NCBI GenBank assembly: GCA_002633005.1
Contig: NMRA01000676.1
Location: forward strand, 92,658 to 156,657
Source of the DNA: Phoronis australis
Taxonomy: Eukaryota; Animalia; Phoronida
Direction of reading: 5' to 3'
DNA: 64,000 nt
The notes beneath the pieces were generated by a model that saw nothing but the letters and a program-made list of their open reading frames with translations, did not search any database and had not been told where the DNA came from. This document shows positions 26,260 to 38,700 of the stretch, one piece after another. How positions within the stretch are numbered: position 1 is the stretch's first letter; each line of letters begins with the position of its first letter. The translations under genes and the position numbers were made by a program.

Positions 26260-29200
26260 ATATGTATATGTATATATGTACATNGGTTTAGCAAACTGAT
26301 TTTGTCATGTGGCATATTATAATTGGTCAACATTTTATGATTGGACAACATTACTGGAGGAGATGGGTGTAGAAAAATGATTTTGACAGGTGACAAGGTT
26401 AATGAATGGTCAAGACTTTATGAATGGATAATACTGGCAAATTGATTTTGCCACATGATAAGAGTCAATAAAAAATGGTCAAAATGTCAATTTTTTACCT
26501 CACCATGTTCACACTTCTATACAAATATGGATGGAATTTAAGGGCAGTATCAGGTTCTATGGACCACGGGCAACCAAAGAGGACAATGCTCTCTGGAGGT
26601 CCATATCATCTGATACGCGCGAGAGATACTAATTAAGACACTTTCCTTTATTCTCACCAAAATAAAACAATGAGAAAAAGAGATTCAGCAACTAAGAAAC
26701 ATCAGTATAACAGGAACACTTCATAAACAGCAGTCATGGATGAATTTGCAATTCTTAAAAATTTAACGTCAATGCCTTTCAACTGAAACAGCCACTTTGT
26801 TGGTACACGAAGGGAATTCGGCTTCCGCCCAGCCATCATACCAGGTATTCCGGGCCTTTTTGTCTTAATACTATTGGCTTGTACTGTAGTCTTTCACTAT
26901 TCACCATAACTTAAGTTTCTACTATTGCCTAACTCTCCTGTAACAGCTGAATCAACCATCTTGTGATCAGAGTTTAATCAGTTCTCCTAATCGAGCATGT
27001 GATAAGCGGTTTTTATATTAGCCAACAATAGAGAGGACCCCTCCAAATTTTTGCGAGGAACTCCAGCACTTTCAATGAAAACAGAGTGATTTATGAGGCA
27101 AAGCAGTGACAAAAAAGTTACTGCTTGGGAGGTCGTGCTTATGCACCAAGGTGACCTTTCAACTTCATCAGGAGCATTGAGGTAAAATTGATAATAAGGG
27201 GTGAATGGCTCAGCTTATAAGTATTAGGAATTAATTAGTCAGGTAAAGAAATGTTTATTTTGTTAACATTGACCCCGCCATTTGTATTTAGATGTCATGG
27301 ATTGAGACCTATAAAACTATAAAAAAGGAAGAAGGATTCCATTATTGCCCGTCTCTGAGAAAAATTAATATTTAACTCACATTTCAGAAAAGTTGGTGAC
27401 AGCGTTGCCCTCATCAGACAGTGTGGGGGATGGTGAAAATACACCATCCCTGACAAGATTTGTTGAGTAAGTGTACAAAAACAAACTGCGGGGAAACTCC
27501 AGCTTGGTCAACAAAATAAGTGTCCCTGTCTAATGTTGCATTATGGTCACTTGTGCTACAGGAACTATTAACTGTGTAAACATCACTTTGCCAGAGCAAT
27601 GTTGGGAAGGTGATATACTATATATATGTGTATGTAAATGTATGTATATACTCATGTGTAGACAGTAAATCACATATAGTGATGAGGTCAAAGGATAAAT
27701 ATCATCAACTCCTAAGTTAAAATTTAGTCAAGCAAGTTTGAGGCAGTCTAGCCATAGAATGAATTTAGTTAGATACGTTACTTAAGTAGAGAAATTGGGT
27801 ATTAGACGTTAGCACCAGTACAGTGCATAAAATGATGGATGAAGGAGTCTATTACATGGCAATGGTTTGAAAACTACAAGACTAAATGGTTTAAGTATCA
27901 TTGCTGAGCAACATTTTCATATCTGACAAAAATTAATTTTCGTTTTAGTGACTCGGATCTATCGCGAGTTGATGTCAAGGATGCCATGGCAAATATGATT
28001 GCAAGTCACTGTTGCTATGGAAACAAAGTTGTAAAAGAAATGGAAATCCACAGCATTAAGCCGACAACATCTATCCATGTGAATAATGTTTTCAAGTTTT
28101 TACTTCCAATGTAATAGATTAATAGCTAGACCTATTTTGATGTCTTGCAATGTCAATTGGCCAATGTTGTTTTTGTGTCTTTGCAATCAGGTGTGAAAAT
28201 TAATCATGCGAGTACAACATTAAATAAATATAAAGCAAAGCCTGGATTACCATAGAAACATTCTGATGTTCACCTAAAACTAATTGCTCGTATTTGGTTA
28301 TTACTTTTTTGTGTCAGATTTTTTCAAAATTGAGAAAACAACCACACTAAAATGTATGCAATTATACTCCAAGATGTGCCAATCAGAGGTGAGTGACTCA
28401 GTTTGAAAAGCCATCCTTATAACCCGACTTCATCCCCCCTCCCCCCGATCAGTCCATTTCTTTGATGTACCTTTTTAACAAAGTCTTAGTGGCTTGGCAA
28501 CTTAGTGGTAAATCACCTCTTTAATGACCTTATTGACTACGAACAGTCAAGTTATGCAGTTTTCAATTTCCCAGTCGATCAGAACATAGCTAACCGCATC
28601 ACTGGACCATTGAAGCTGGAAAAATCCCACATCACGTCAGTTCATATCAGACGACTTAAACTGTAAAAGTGTATGCTGCAGACCAGAAACAATAATTTTG
28701 CTGGCATAAAAGACATGGCACATAGTCCTGAATAATACACAGTAACTTTTCTAAGGAAAACTACGAACCATAGATTGGTGTAATGGTACAAAGGGTCACT
28801 CTATCTTCCCACAATGTTGTTTACAGTACACCTTGGAGACATTCTGTGAGACTCGAAAAATCAGCAGACAGCATGTCCCGTACAAAGGCCAGTCAGTGGA
28901 TGGACCAGATAATGGAGTGGCACCCCTACCCTGGAGTATTGAGTGCCGACCTACTTCACTATTCAAAGACCACAAGATGACAGTTGAAGTTCCTCATACA
29001 GACTACATACAAGTAAGCCAAGCTTCATACTCAAGTTACTGTGCATTGAGCCCATTTCACATTAGACAAACTCATTAGGTGTTGCAAGGAAGCCAAGGGA
29101 CCCTCCCACAGAAATGCCTGTATTCAGGTTATCCCATAGGTTCCCTATCACACGAACACTTATGCTGATGAACTGAATCTATTCAGAACGTTAAAAAGAG

Positions 29201-32200
29201 AGGTCCATATTTACTAGCACCACCTATTGAACAATAAGTTACCTATTAAATTATGTGCAGGGTGACAACTATCCTGAACAAAGATGGGGCTGACAATGTA
29301 CAGACGTGGTAGGCATTCTAGGCTCCTCCACTGCAGTAAAAAGGCGACCAAGCAGGATGGGGGCCTAAACTCACAGGGACAGCACCTGGATCTGTGGCAG
29401 TAAATGCCGATGACAGTTTTCAATGAAATACAAACCTTTCACACGCAGGGAAATAAAAACAAATGACAAGAGCAGCACTTTAACTCAAGAGCAGTTCTAA
29501 CTTACTTTAGACTCTTTAACAAAATCACTGCACTAACATTCAGAGACTTTCCATACCAAAATACCTAATCTAATCCTTGAATTAGACAGCAAAACAACTT
29601 CCTTACCCAGATTAAAAGAGATTTCTGGTGTTGGAGAGAACTTATAATTTATTGCTGAAGACTGTTAATGGAGGTGATTGTTTATTATGTGCTGAGATAA
29701 CAACACTTAATCAACATGCAGATGTACCGAAGCTTTAAAACATCCATTTGAACTCTGCTGTAATTCCATAAAGAGAAATAGAAAAGTGCAATGATATGTA
29801 TGGCGAACACATCTCATAACCGTTTACTGGTTTCTTCAGGTATGTCACAGGTGCAGTGCGAGAGGCTATCTCCGTTGCCATGACTGTAATGGCCGCGGCA
29901 AGAAATGGTGCGTGCACTGCGGTGGTGATGGTAGTTTGTCCGTCTCCAAGGGTGTAAAGTACAAAAGATGCAACATTTGCCATGGCAACGGCTGGACTAT
30001 GTAAGATATAGAATAATGTCTGAAATTGTGAGCATATCTGAAAAATGTGCACGGAATTTGCTTAGATTTTCTTATGCTATATTGTTTCATAACTTACTGT
30101 TTTACAAATACAAGTAAGAATAAGAAATCTTCAGCACTATGGAAGGGGTAATGATCAGGCCAGCTGGACACAAAATAAATTACTTAATCTAAGAGAAACC
30201 CCACATTGAAAAACAAACTATATTTCATGCAACTTTACAATAACGATTGATAATTGAATTGAAAAACTGAGCATTTTCAATATCAATTACAAGACTGATA
30301 AAGTGGAAAATAATTTTGTTTTCTTTGGTTGACGACTGAGTGTTAACATTTTGCTTTTGTATTGTTTCCTTAGCTGCAAGACGTGTCGAGATGATGGCCG
30401 CATCACATGTCCCATTTGCAACGGCTACAGGCAACTGTTACACTACATTGCATTAACAGTGATATAGTGAGTGGGTAGCCATGTGGCTTTTGGCTGGGAT
30501 ATTTTAAAGTGGCAACGAACTTGCCTTTCATGACAAAAAGCCAATTTTGATTCAGACCTCTTAGCATTACGCTCCTTAATCTACTACATAGGTGTGTTTC
30601 CTGGGCTTAGAAAGAGTTAACATTAGATTAGGCTATACAACTTAACTTGTCATTTTATTCACTGAGCATGGCCTCTAGTAATAACAAACTGTCGGGTATT
30701 TGCAAGACCAGAAATTAGTTCTCATCTGATAAAAAAACAAGTTGAGACCAATTTTTAGCTGCAACGACTGGTCTAAATGAAAAATAGCACTTTTGACAGG
30801 ACAAGGTTTTATTACCACTTTTAAACAACTGTTTGTGATTAGTACACTTTTGAAACAACTTGCTATTTCTACTCAAGAGCTATTAATGCAATGCCACCAA
30901 TCCAACAAAAAAGAAGAAGAAACAGAATACCGTAGCCTCTTTGAGAAAGTAATGCTTGAAATAATTATTGTAAAGTCATTAAAAGAATGGTGTCTATACA
31001 ATTATGAACCGCAAGATTATGGCTTAATAATGCACTAATAAAATTACTTCCCACTCGGTAATAATACATTTGCTTAAAACACTGAATTCTGATTTTAGTA
31101 AAACCCATCAAGATGATTATATCTATGAGCAGACGGACATGCCAGATGACCTGCTTCTGAGCGTCACAGGAGTGATTGTCTTCCACCAAGTATTACCAAG
31201 GGTAATTCATACACAGAAACACATCATCCATTTTGATCAGAAGGACATGCTTGTCTTGCTATTTCCAAAATGGCACTCAGGCCATGCAATTTAGATAAAG
31301 AAAAAGGCTTAATTTGGCAGCTTCAGCTTTTGTTGGCATACCTGGTAAAAATCCCAGGTCACCATCAAGTCAACATGCACATATCCAAGCATGCAACTAG
31401 ACAAACACATGTTGGAATCATTCGGTAGAAATAGGAAGGGCCCGCTTATATTTGACTGAGACGTCAACTAAAATGTGAGATACTCCTTATTTTCTGTTTA
31501 AGCAAAAAACAATGAAAAATTGTCTTGGTGATCTTCAGTGTGCTAACTCTTGGCAATGAGGTTTGTCAACCTTAATTCGAGTTTGGTAACCTTGGAATTT
31601 TGCGAGGTCGCATTTGACGAGTTGACATTATGATAAGTGTCAAGCCCGGAGGTGTAATTGCTATTCAAATTTTTTACAATTATTGTGTTTTTAGAATGCC
31701 TCCTGTCATAATGATACTTAAACATGTGAAGAACTGCCATAAATGGTCTTCAATAAAATGTTCGTATGATTTATAGGTGTCACCGATTACAAATTATCCT
31801 GTTCAAGAAGTGAATGAAAACTCCGAATCCATTATCAAACAGCATGATGCCAAGTTCTCCACTTCAGAAAAGATCATACGACAAGTAAGTCCCACCTAAT
31901 GCTAATTAGGTCAAGCCAAAGTTGTAATTTCAGTCCGTCGTGTTATTGTTTGCAACAAGAAACGAAACCATGATACAAGTTAATTAGCTCTGTCAAGCCA
32001 GACTAAATATTGTCCATGCCAGGACTATCGAAGTTGGTTTCAGGAAATGAGCAAACCCCATCCAAGGGCAGGCCAGCTTCTTCAAAAGTAAATGAACACT
32101 CCGTTTTACTTCCTGAGGACATGGGCGTGGCATGAAAATGTTGTGATGCACACTGCGTGGCTGAGTAAACTTGTGTATGGGGTGAAATTTGCATTCGGAA

Positions 32201-34635
32201 AAGTGAATGTGATTGAAATGTACCATTAAATGTGCAGATCCAATAAAATAAATATGTTTCATGACTTCAAAAAAACAACTAATAAATTGCACAGGTACCT
32301 CTTGGTTAGAAAACACATGGGCTGTGTTCTACGTAGGAAGTGGACAATGAATATGGGATGAACTTTTAATTTATTACAGTTATTATTTATTGAATTCAAT
32401 TTTGGGATTTATGCAAGTAAAACACAGAAAAAATATCTCTGTGCCTGTTGTATGTACAGATGTATCAATGGTTTGGCTCCAGCATATCTCAGCTGAAAAT
32501 TCAATAGTAGTCAAGCTGTATATTCTACACGACGTTCTTCTGTCGATGGAATAGTTTCTCTTAAAAAAATTAAAACCGAGACCGGCAAGAGAGCTTTTAT
32601 CTATGCTGCTGCTACAATATGGAATTCTATTAGCCCAGAAATGAAACGGTCCAATTCAATAAATACTTTTCAACTCAATATTAAAAAGTGGCTGCCCCAT
32701 TTTATACGCCACCTGTCTTAATCATGTCATTTTTTTCTCATTGTCATAAATATTCTCACTGTTTAGAGTTATTTCATCTCTCTTTAGTTAAATTTTCACC
32801 ATTGTTTGTCATTTATTTATTGTCTTAATTCTCAACCTGTTTTAATTGTATCTTTTTCACATATATTTAATTGTTGTTTTATTACTTCCTTGAATTATAT
32901 TACTCTTTTTTCTTGTTGAGGGCCCTCTTGGAAAGCAGTGCTATCACTGAAGAGATCACCCTCATTTTAAATATCACAATAAATAAATAAAAATAAATAA
33001 ATAAATAAAATAAACTTTCCTTTAGTTACTCACTGGACTTCTATCAAAACTAAGGTTTGCATAAAAGTGATAAGTTGGTCCCACGCGATCTCAAAATACA
33101 CAACGAACACAGCCAGCTAACAGCTCCTTTCCTAATAAACTTTTACCATTTCTGTCTTCATGTGACAATGTGGATTTAAATGCATTGGTGGAAAGCCTGA
33201 TATCTCTCGAGCCAGTAAAATTCAATTCAACAGCGTGTTTTGATTTGTAAACCACAAAACTATAAAGAAAAAATAATAACTAACACTTTACTGCCAACCG
33301 ATAACTGATGGTGGTCGTTTTATATTGCAGCGGCAGATTCTACGGGGTGTGCCGGTGACGGAGGTTGTGTACGACTGGAAAGGTGTTCGAAGGAGATGCT
33401 GGGTGTTTGGAAAGGAGAGGCAGGTCTATGCACCAGACTACCCTCAACAGTGTTGCTGGGGGTGTCTGATACNATGTACCATTAAATGTGCAGATCCAAT
33501 AAAATAAATATGTTTCATGACTTCAAAAAAACAACTGGTAAATTGCACAGGTACCTCTTGGTTAGAAAACACATGGGCTGTGTTCTACGTAGGAAGTGGA
33601 CAATGAATATGGGATGAACTTTTAATTTATTACAATTATTTATTGAATTCAATTTTGGGATTTATGCAAGTAAAACACAGAAAAAATATCTCTGTGCCTG
33701 TTATATGTACAGATGTATCAATGGTTTGGCTCCAGCATATCTCAGCTGAAAATTCAATAGTAGTCAAGCTGTATATTCTACACGTTCTTCTGTCGATGGA
33801 ATAGTTTCTCTTAAAAAAATTAAAACCGAGACCGGCAAGAGAGCTTTTATCTAATATTAAAAAGTGGCTGCCCCATTTTATACGCCACCAGTCTTAATCA
33901 TGTCATTTTTTTCTCATTGTCATAAATATTCTCACTGTTTAGAGTTATTTCATCTCTCTTTAGTTAAATTTTCACCAGTGTTTGTCATTTATTTATTGTC
34001 TTAATTCTCAACCTGTTTTAATTGTATCTTTTTCACATATATTTAATTGTTGTTTTATTACTCCGTTGTATTATATTACTGTTTTTTCTTGTTGAGGGCC
34101 CTCTTGGAAAGCAGTGCTATCACTGAAGAGATCACCCTCATTTTAAATATCACAATAAATAAATAAAAATAAATAAATAAGTAAAATAAACTTTCCTTTA
34201 ATTACTCACTGGACTTCTATCAAAACTAAGGTTTGCATAAAAGTGATAAGTTGGTCCCACGCGATCTCAAAATACACAACGAACACAGCCAGCTAACAGC
34301 TACTTTCATTATAAACTTTTATCATTTCTGTCTTCCTGTGACAATATGGATTTAAATGTCTTGGGGGAAAGCCTAATATCTGTCGAGCCAGTAAAATTCA
34401 ATTCAACAGCCTGTTTTAATTTGTAAACCACTAAACTATAAAGAAAAAATAATAACCGATTACTGATGGTGGTCGTTTTATATTGCAGCGGCAGATTCTA
34501 CGGGGTGTGCCGGTGACAGAGGTTGTGTACGACTGGAAGGGTGTTCGAAAGAGATGCTGGGTGTTTGGAAAGGAGAGGCAGGTCTATGCACCAGACTACC
34601 CTCAACAGTGTTGCTGGGGGTGTCTGATACAATGA
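23377..34635 (+). CDS. SSUH2: SSUH2 (ssu-2) homolog, DnaJ-type CxxCxGxG zinc-finger protein, ~402 aa, 10 coding exons
   Basis: Exons 23377-23446, 24651-24782, 27388-27466 (duplicate 25936-26014), 27949-28078, 28827-29012, 29840-30000, 30374-30466, 31099-31201, 31777-31884, 34489-34635 (duplicate 33331-33472); all GT-AG, phase-consistent, 1209 nt. Motifs [34 protein letters not shown], repeated CxxCxGx[18 protein letters not shown]. Start is uncertain because an acceptor at 23353 is open in frame. Confidence 0.9.
24823..27660. repeat. Tandem ~1.4 kb duplication joined by a single N (26284), includes SSUH2 exon 3; probable haplotype overlap
   Basis: Two copies with many SNPs and indels; copy 1 ends in the long TA microsatellite next to the N. 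Confidence 0.88.
26161..26283. repeat. (TA)n/(TATG)n microsatellite
   Basis: ~120 bp TA-rich run; the counterpart near 27613-27660 is much shorter. Confidence 0.95.
32218..34630. repeat. Tandem ~1.2 kb duplication joined by a single N (33473), includes the SSUH2 last exon; probable haplotype overlap
   Basis: 32218-33472 vs 33474-34630; copy 1 is cut by the N just before the stop codon. Confidence 0.9.
32440..33012 (+). mobile_element. 5'-truncated LINE 3' end (L2/CR1 group); assembly duplicate ~33693-34190
   Basis: Translates [19 protein letters not shown]...[41 protein letters not shown], a typical L2/CR1 ORF2 C-terminus, then T-rich 3'UTR, GAGGG...CCCTC hairpin and (AATA)n tail. Confidence 0.85.
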
Positions 34636-35049
34636 TTCCAAAGACACTATGTTTGAATAAAACTAAATTGTGGCCAGGCTTTCCAGGACTCTGAGCCTCA
34701 TCCCAACAAGAAGAAGGTCGTCTTACTTCTTCACTGGTCACGGCTCATCTTGATGAAGCCATACTGTCTTCAAGGTCATACAAGTGAAGAACTCATATTC
34801 ATGCTTTGTCTAGCAGAGAGTAGAAGATAACACTTTTGGTGTCCTGGCAAAGCAGTGGCGGAGTTGAAGGAGGGGGCAAGGTTGCCATGGAAGTTTGGGG
34901 GTGTGAATGTCTGACGGGCAAAATCCTGGCTAATGCTCAGCCCCCCCCCCAACTCAAATCTTAGATCCACACCACCAAAGTACCACACAACACCACCCAC
35001 CACTATCATGGTCACTGCCAAAGCATGTTTGATCCTACGTAATCTAGCG

Positions 35050-35324
35050 AGGGACAGGGAATTCATGTTACAAATTTTTATAGAGTACAAACGCATTTTC
35101 AAAAAATATAATTGCAGGCAATCTGGTACACATTGTACCAAACATGAACAGCCTTCTCGGATGGGTCCATTACACTGATCACCTGAAACATTTTTTATGC
35201 TTTTAAAAACTGAGCTGAGGAGCTAGAGACCTTACTCAGTGGTCTAGAAGTGTGACCCAGTGGGACTCGAACCCACGGCCTTGAAAAAAGGAAGCGAACT
35301 CTTATCCCAATAGGCCACACTGCC
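35050..35324 (-). mobile_element. tRNA-derived SINE
   Basis: Minus strand GGCAGTGTGGCCTATTGGGATAAG...GTGGGTTCGAGTCCCACTGGGTCA has A and B boxes and a T-arm, but a degenerate anticodon arm and acceptor stem. 3' limit approximate. Confidence 0.6.
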
Positions 35325-35784
35325 TCCTCATTTTTATTTTTAGCTTAGGTTACAGTTCTTCTTAAATTTGTGCCTTGGAGTGTTTTACAAAATTACAGTC
35401 AATTTGTAATGAGTTTGTGAACGTCAGTGATATGCCACCATGTTAGACTATAGTTATGTCATTATAAAGTTATTGAAACACTGCATTTCTAATATGTCAA
35501 GCATCATGTCATGGATATGCATCAGCTTAAAAATGGAAAATTCAGCACGTGGAAGCATTTTAGACAATATCTGACACAACTGACGTATGTTGAACCAAAA
35601 GTGTCAATATTCAACACAGAACTCACAGTAACTGACACTGGACACCTCATGAACATAACCCAAACACACCGTCACGTTTTTTTTGTGGAAATAACTAGAC
35701 TATGAGTTTGCTGATGGTTGGTAGTGAACACAGAGATCTAAATATCAGGTCAAGCCCTATTAAAAATGAAACTTACTCTGATGT

Positions 35785-38700
35785 TCAGACTACAGGTGTT
35801 GTACTCCTAGTGGTCTGTTCAGGCACGTCGGGCAACTTTCCTTTGTTGTACCTGTTCAGAAGAGAACACATCATTCCCATGCCATACTCATGTAATTTTG
35901 TCATCAGTTAATATCGATTTACTTACCAAGGATTGGAAGCAGTATTGCCCTCAGCCGCTGGTAAAATTGCTGTAACTATAGTCTCTCTTATACCACGGTG
36001 GACATCAGTCCATATTTGTACAATATTAATCAAACACAAGTGAACCATAGGGTTGATACAACTGAAAGAACCGCAAAACGTTATTATAGATGACCCACAC
36101 CGCGCCACGCAAGTGACAAACTTGTAAGGGTCTGCCCACAACTGAACTAAGGTAAATCACCAGCTTCTTGCATACAGTGCAGTAGATGACAACTACTTTC
36201 ACTTTGTCCTGCTCAAACTGGAAGTCTATCTTTAACTCAAAATTCCATGGCACGATGGAACTACACGTACGATGAACATTACGACCACCTGCCATACTTA
36301 CATGTCCTGCTGTATTTTATTGCGGATGTCGTAATAATGTCTCTGTTCTTGTGTTTCATTCGTTATCCTCATTGACCCATAGATGACAGCACCACCAACT
36401 GTTCTGCAATGTTAAGCTCAAATTAAATCACAACTAAGGAGGAAGAATCTACCACAAGGCTCCCGACTGCTCATGAAGAAAATGGTAATCGGGTTTTATG
36501 ATTTGTGACTGGACAGACAGGGCTATTCATGATTGGACAGACAGGGCTATTCATGGTAGAACAGACAAAAAGCTATCCATGATTGGCCACTTACATAGTG
36601 ACATCATCCAAACTTATTGAAGTCCAAAAAGTTACAAGAAAGCACTGGTTATTGACAAAGCTGAAAAAAATTCTAGTGTCTTGGACTAAATTTTGATTGT
36701 AGACTATTTCTTAAGTATTTATTTTAAGAAATTTCAAAATAGCAAAACCAAATAACACCCAAAATGACAGAACACCAAATAACAAAATTGTTTTCTGATT
36801 ATATCTATTTGCCAACAATAAACCCCAGCACCTGTAAATTGACAACAAAGACGAGCCTCAGATAATCTAAGCTAACCCCTTAGCACTTTTGACAAAAGTC
36901 TGACTTCACCACAAAAAATTATCATTACAAAGGATTTCTGTAAAAAATATTGAGCCAACCATATTGAGTTGTGTCGTAAACAACGTTAATGTTCAAGTAC
37001 CTGATTTCAAATTACAACAAATATTAACACATATGGTTTGGAATGACTACCAAATCAATTCTCCAATCAATTCTTGTATGCATCCAACAGCATTACTGCT
37101 GACCACTCACTGCGTACATTTTGTATGACAAGTTCTGACATATTGTGCGCGTTCACTTACCCTAAAACTCCTCCAAGTAGAGAAGCTACCAACATCCCTC
37201 GCGGGCCCATTGTGAATTTGAACAGACCTCCTGTCAAAGCTGAAAGAAACGCGGTCATAGAGTAGGCGATGGATATGAGTCATAAGGCAAACATCAGTAG
37301 TTTTCGTTATTGAATATACGAGGATTTATTGAGAGACAGGAGCTGTTTTGAAAGAAGAAATATGCCAAGGTCTATTTTAGGCAAAACAAATGTTCTACGA
37401 AATTAGAAAGGTATGGTAGGGTCAAAATTAAATAACTGAAAAACCCAAAGGTAAAGTTATGTTTTGACAGGGACCATCAGAGGGGAGAAACATTGACTGG
37501 ACCTGTCTTATGTAGCAGGGTAAATATTGACGAATATACAAGAAATTTGGTTTATATTACAAGCTAACAGTATCCAGACAAAATGACTACGAATTCCTTG
37601 ACAATACGGCTTGGTGGAAGGCGAATTCATTGCCAGAGTAGTGTTCTCTCAAGACTCAGAATGAAGGGCTATTAATAGGAAAGTTAGTTAGCTGGCTAAG
37701 CCATTCTGTAATTAGAAATTGCTGGCCTACTAGTTATTACCAGTCATTTTTGCTGTTAACGGAATTAGCCGTCATGACATGAAAACAATGTATTTTGTCC
37801 GATTACTTATGTCATGAACTGTAGGAGCTTTCCACAGAGTTAAGAGGAAACAATGTCATAGTTCAAAGTTGAACACACAAAATTTTAGTAGCACAACAAC
37901 TCTATCCATCTCACCTCCAGCAGTTGTATATTCCAGGACACTGGACTTGTTTCTGTATGCAGCAATACTCTGTGACGTGACTCTGAGCAAATGAACAGGA
38001 ATCAATGAATAGCAATGACATTGCGTTGGCATTCATGTAATGTGGGCCTCATGTCACATTCAAAGAAACAAACTAGAGAGGAAAAAATAGAATGACAGAA
38101 AACTTATTGCCCAAATATTCATAACAAACAAGACAATGGAAATAACTTCCACGAAACCAATGACAACTTGGTAATGGTGAGATACAACGTGTCTGAATTT
38201 TGAGAACCAGTTTTTGCCACTGAATAACAGCAGGGCTCGACATAACGAGCTGCAGGTCGCATTTGCGACCTGAAATTTGGAAATGCGAGCTGAGATTTTT
38301 GTCAGCTCGTATAAAGTCGCAAAATGCGACCTGGAATTTCCAACGAATGCGAGCTGAGTTTTTACACTTCTAAACAGATACCTGGCAAATACACAGCAGC
38401 TCTTGTTAATCCGACCGTTATTTGGTTGTTGCCAAATACAAGTTCAAAAGAACCCTAACCGAGAACATGCCTCGATCCCGATGACTTGTAAGCAAGTCGC
38501 GTGAACATGGGATATGCAGAATCGATCTTTGACGCGTTTCATTNTTCTAGTAAGATACTGAGTGCTCACAAACTCAAATCAAAAGTAAGCTTTCATTATA
38601 AAGAACACTTACAAAATGATGCCGACAAAAGCTCCAAGTTTCACACCCCAAAGTGCCCCGGTCTTCATACCAGCCATAATCCCTGCATCATTAAATGCTC

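Noticed and set aside
26091-26396. YI/HI-repeat ORFs
   Set aside because: Translations of the TA microsatellite.
35254-35324. tRNA gene
   Set aside because: Anticodon arm and acceptor stem do not pair; better explained as a SINE head.
37240-37345. Apparent in-frame stops in TIMMDC1 suggesting readthrough or a pseudogene
   Set aside because: They lie upstream of the true acceptor (TTTCTTTCAG, AG at 37241-37240) and are intronic.
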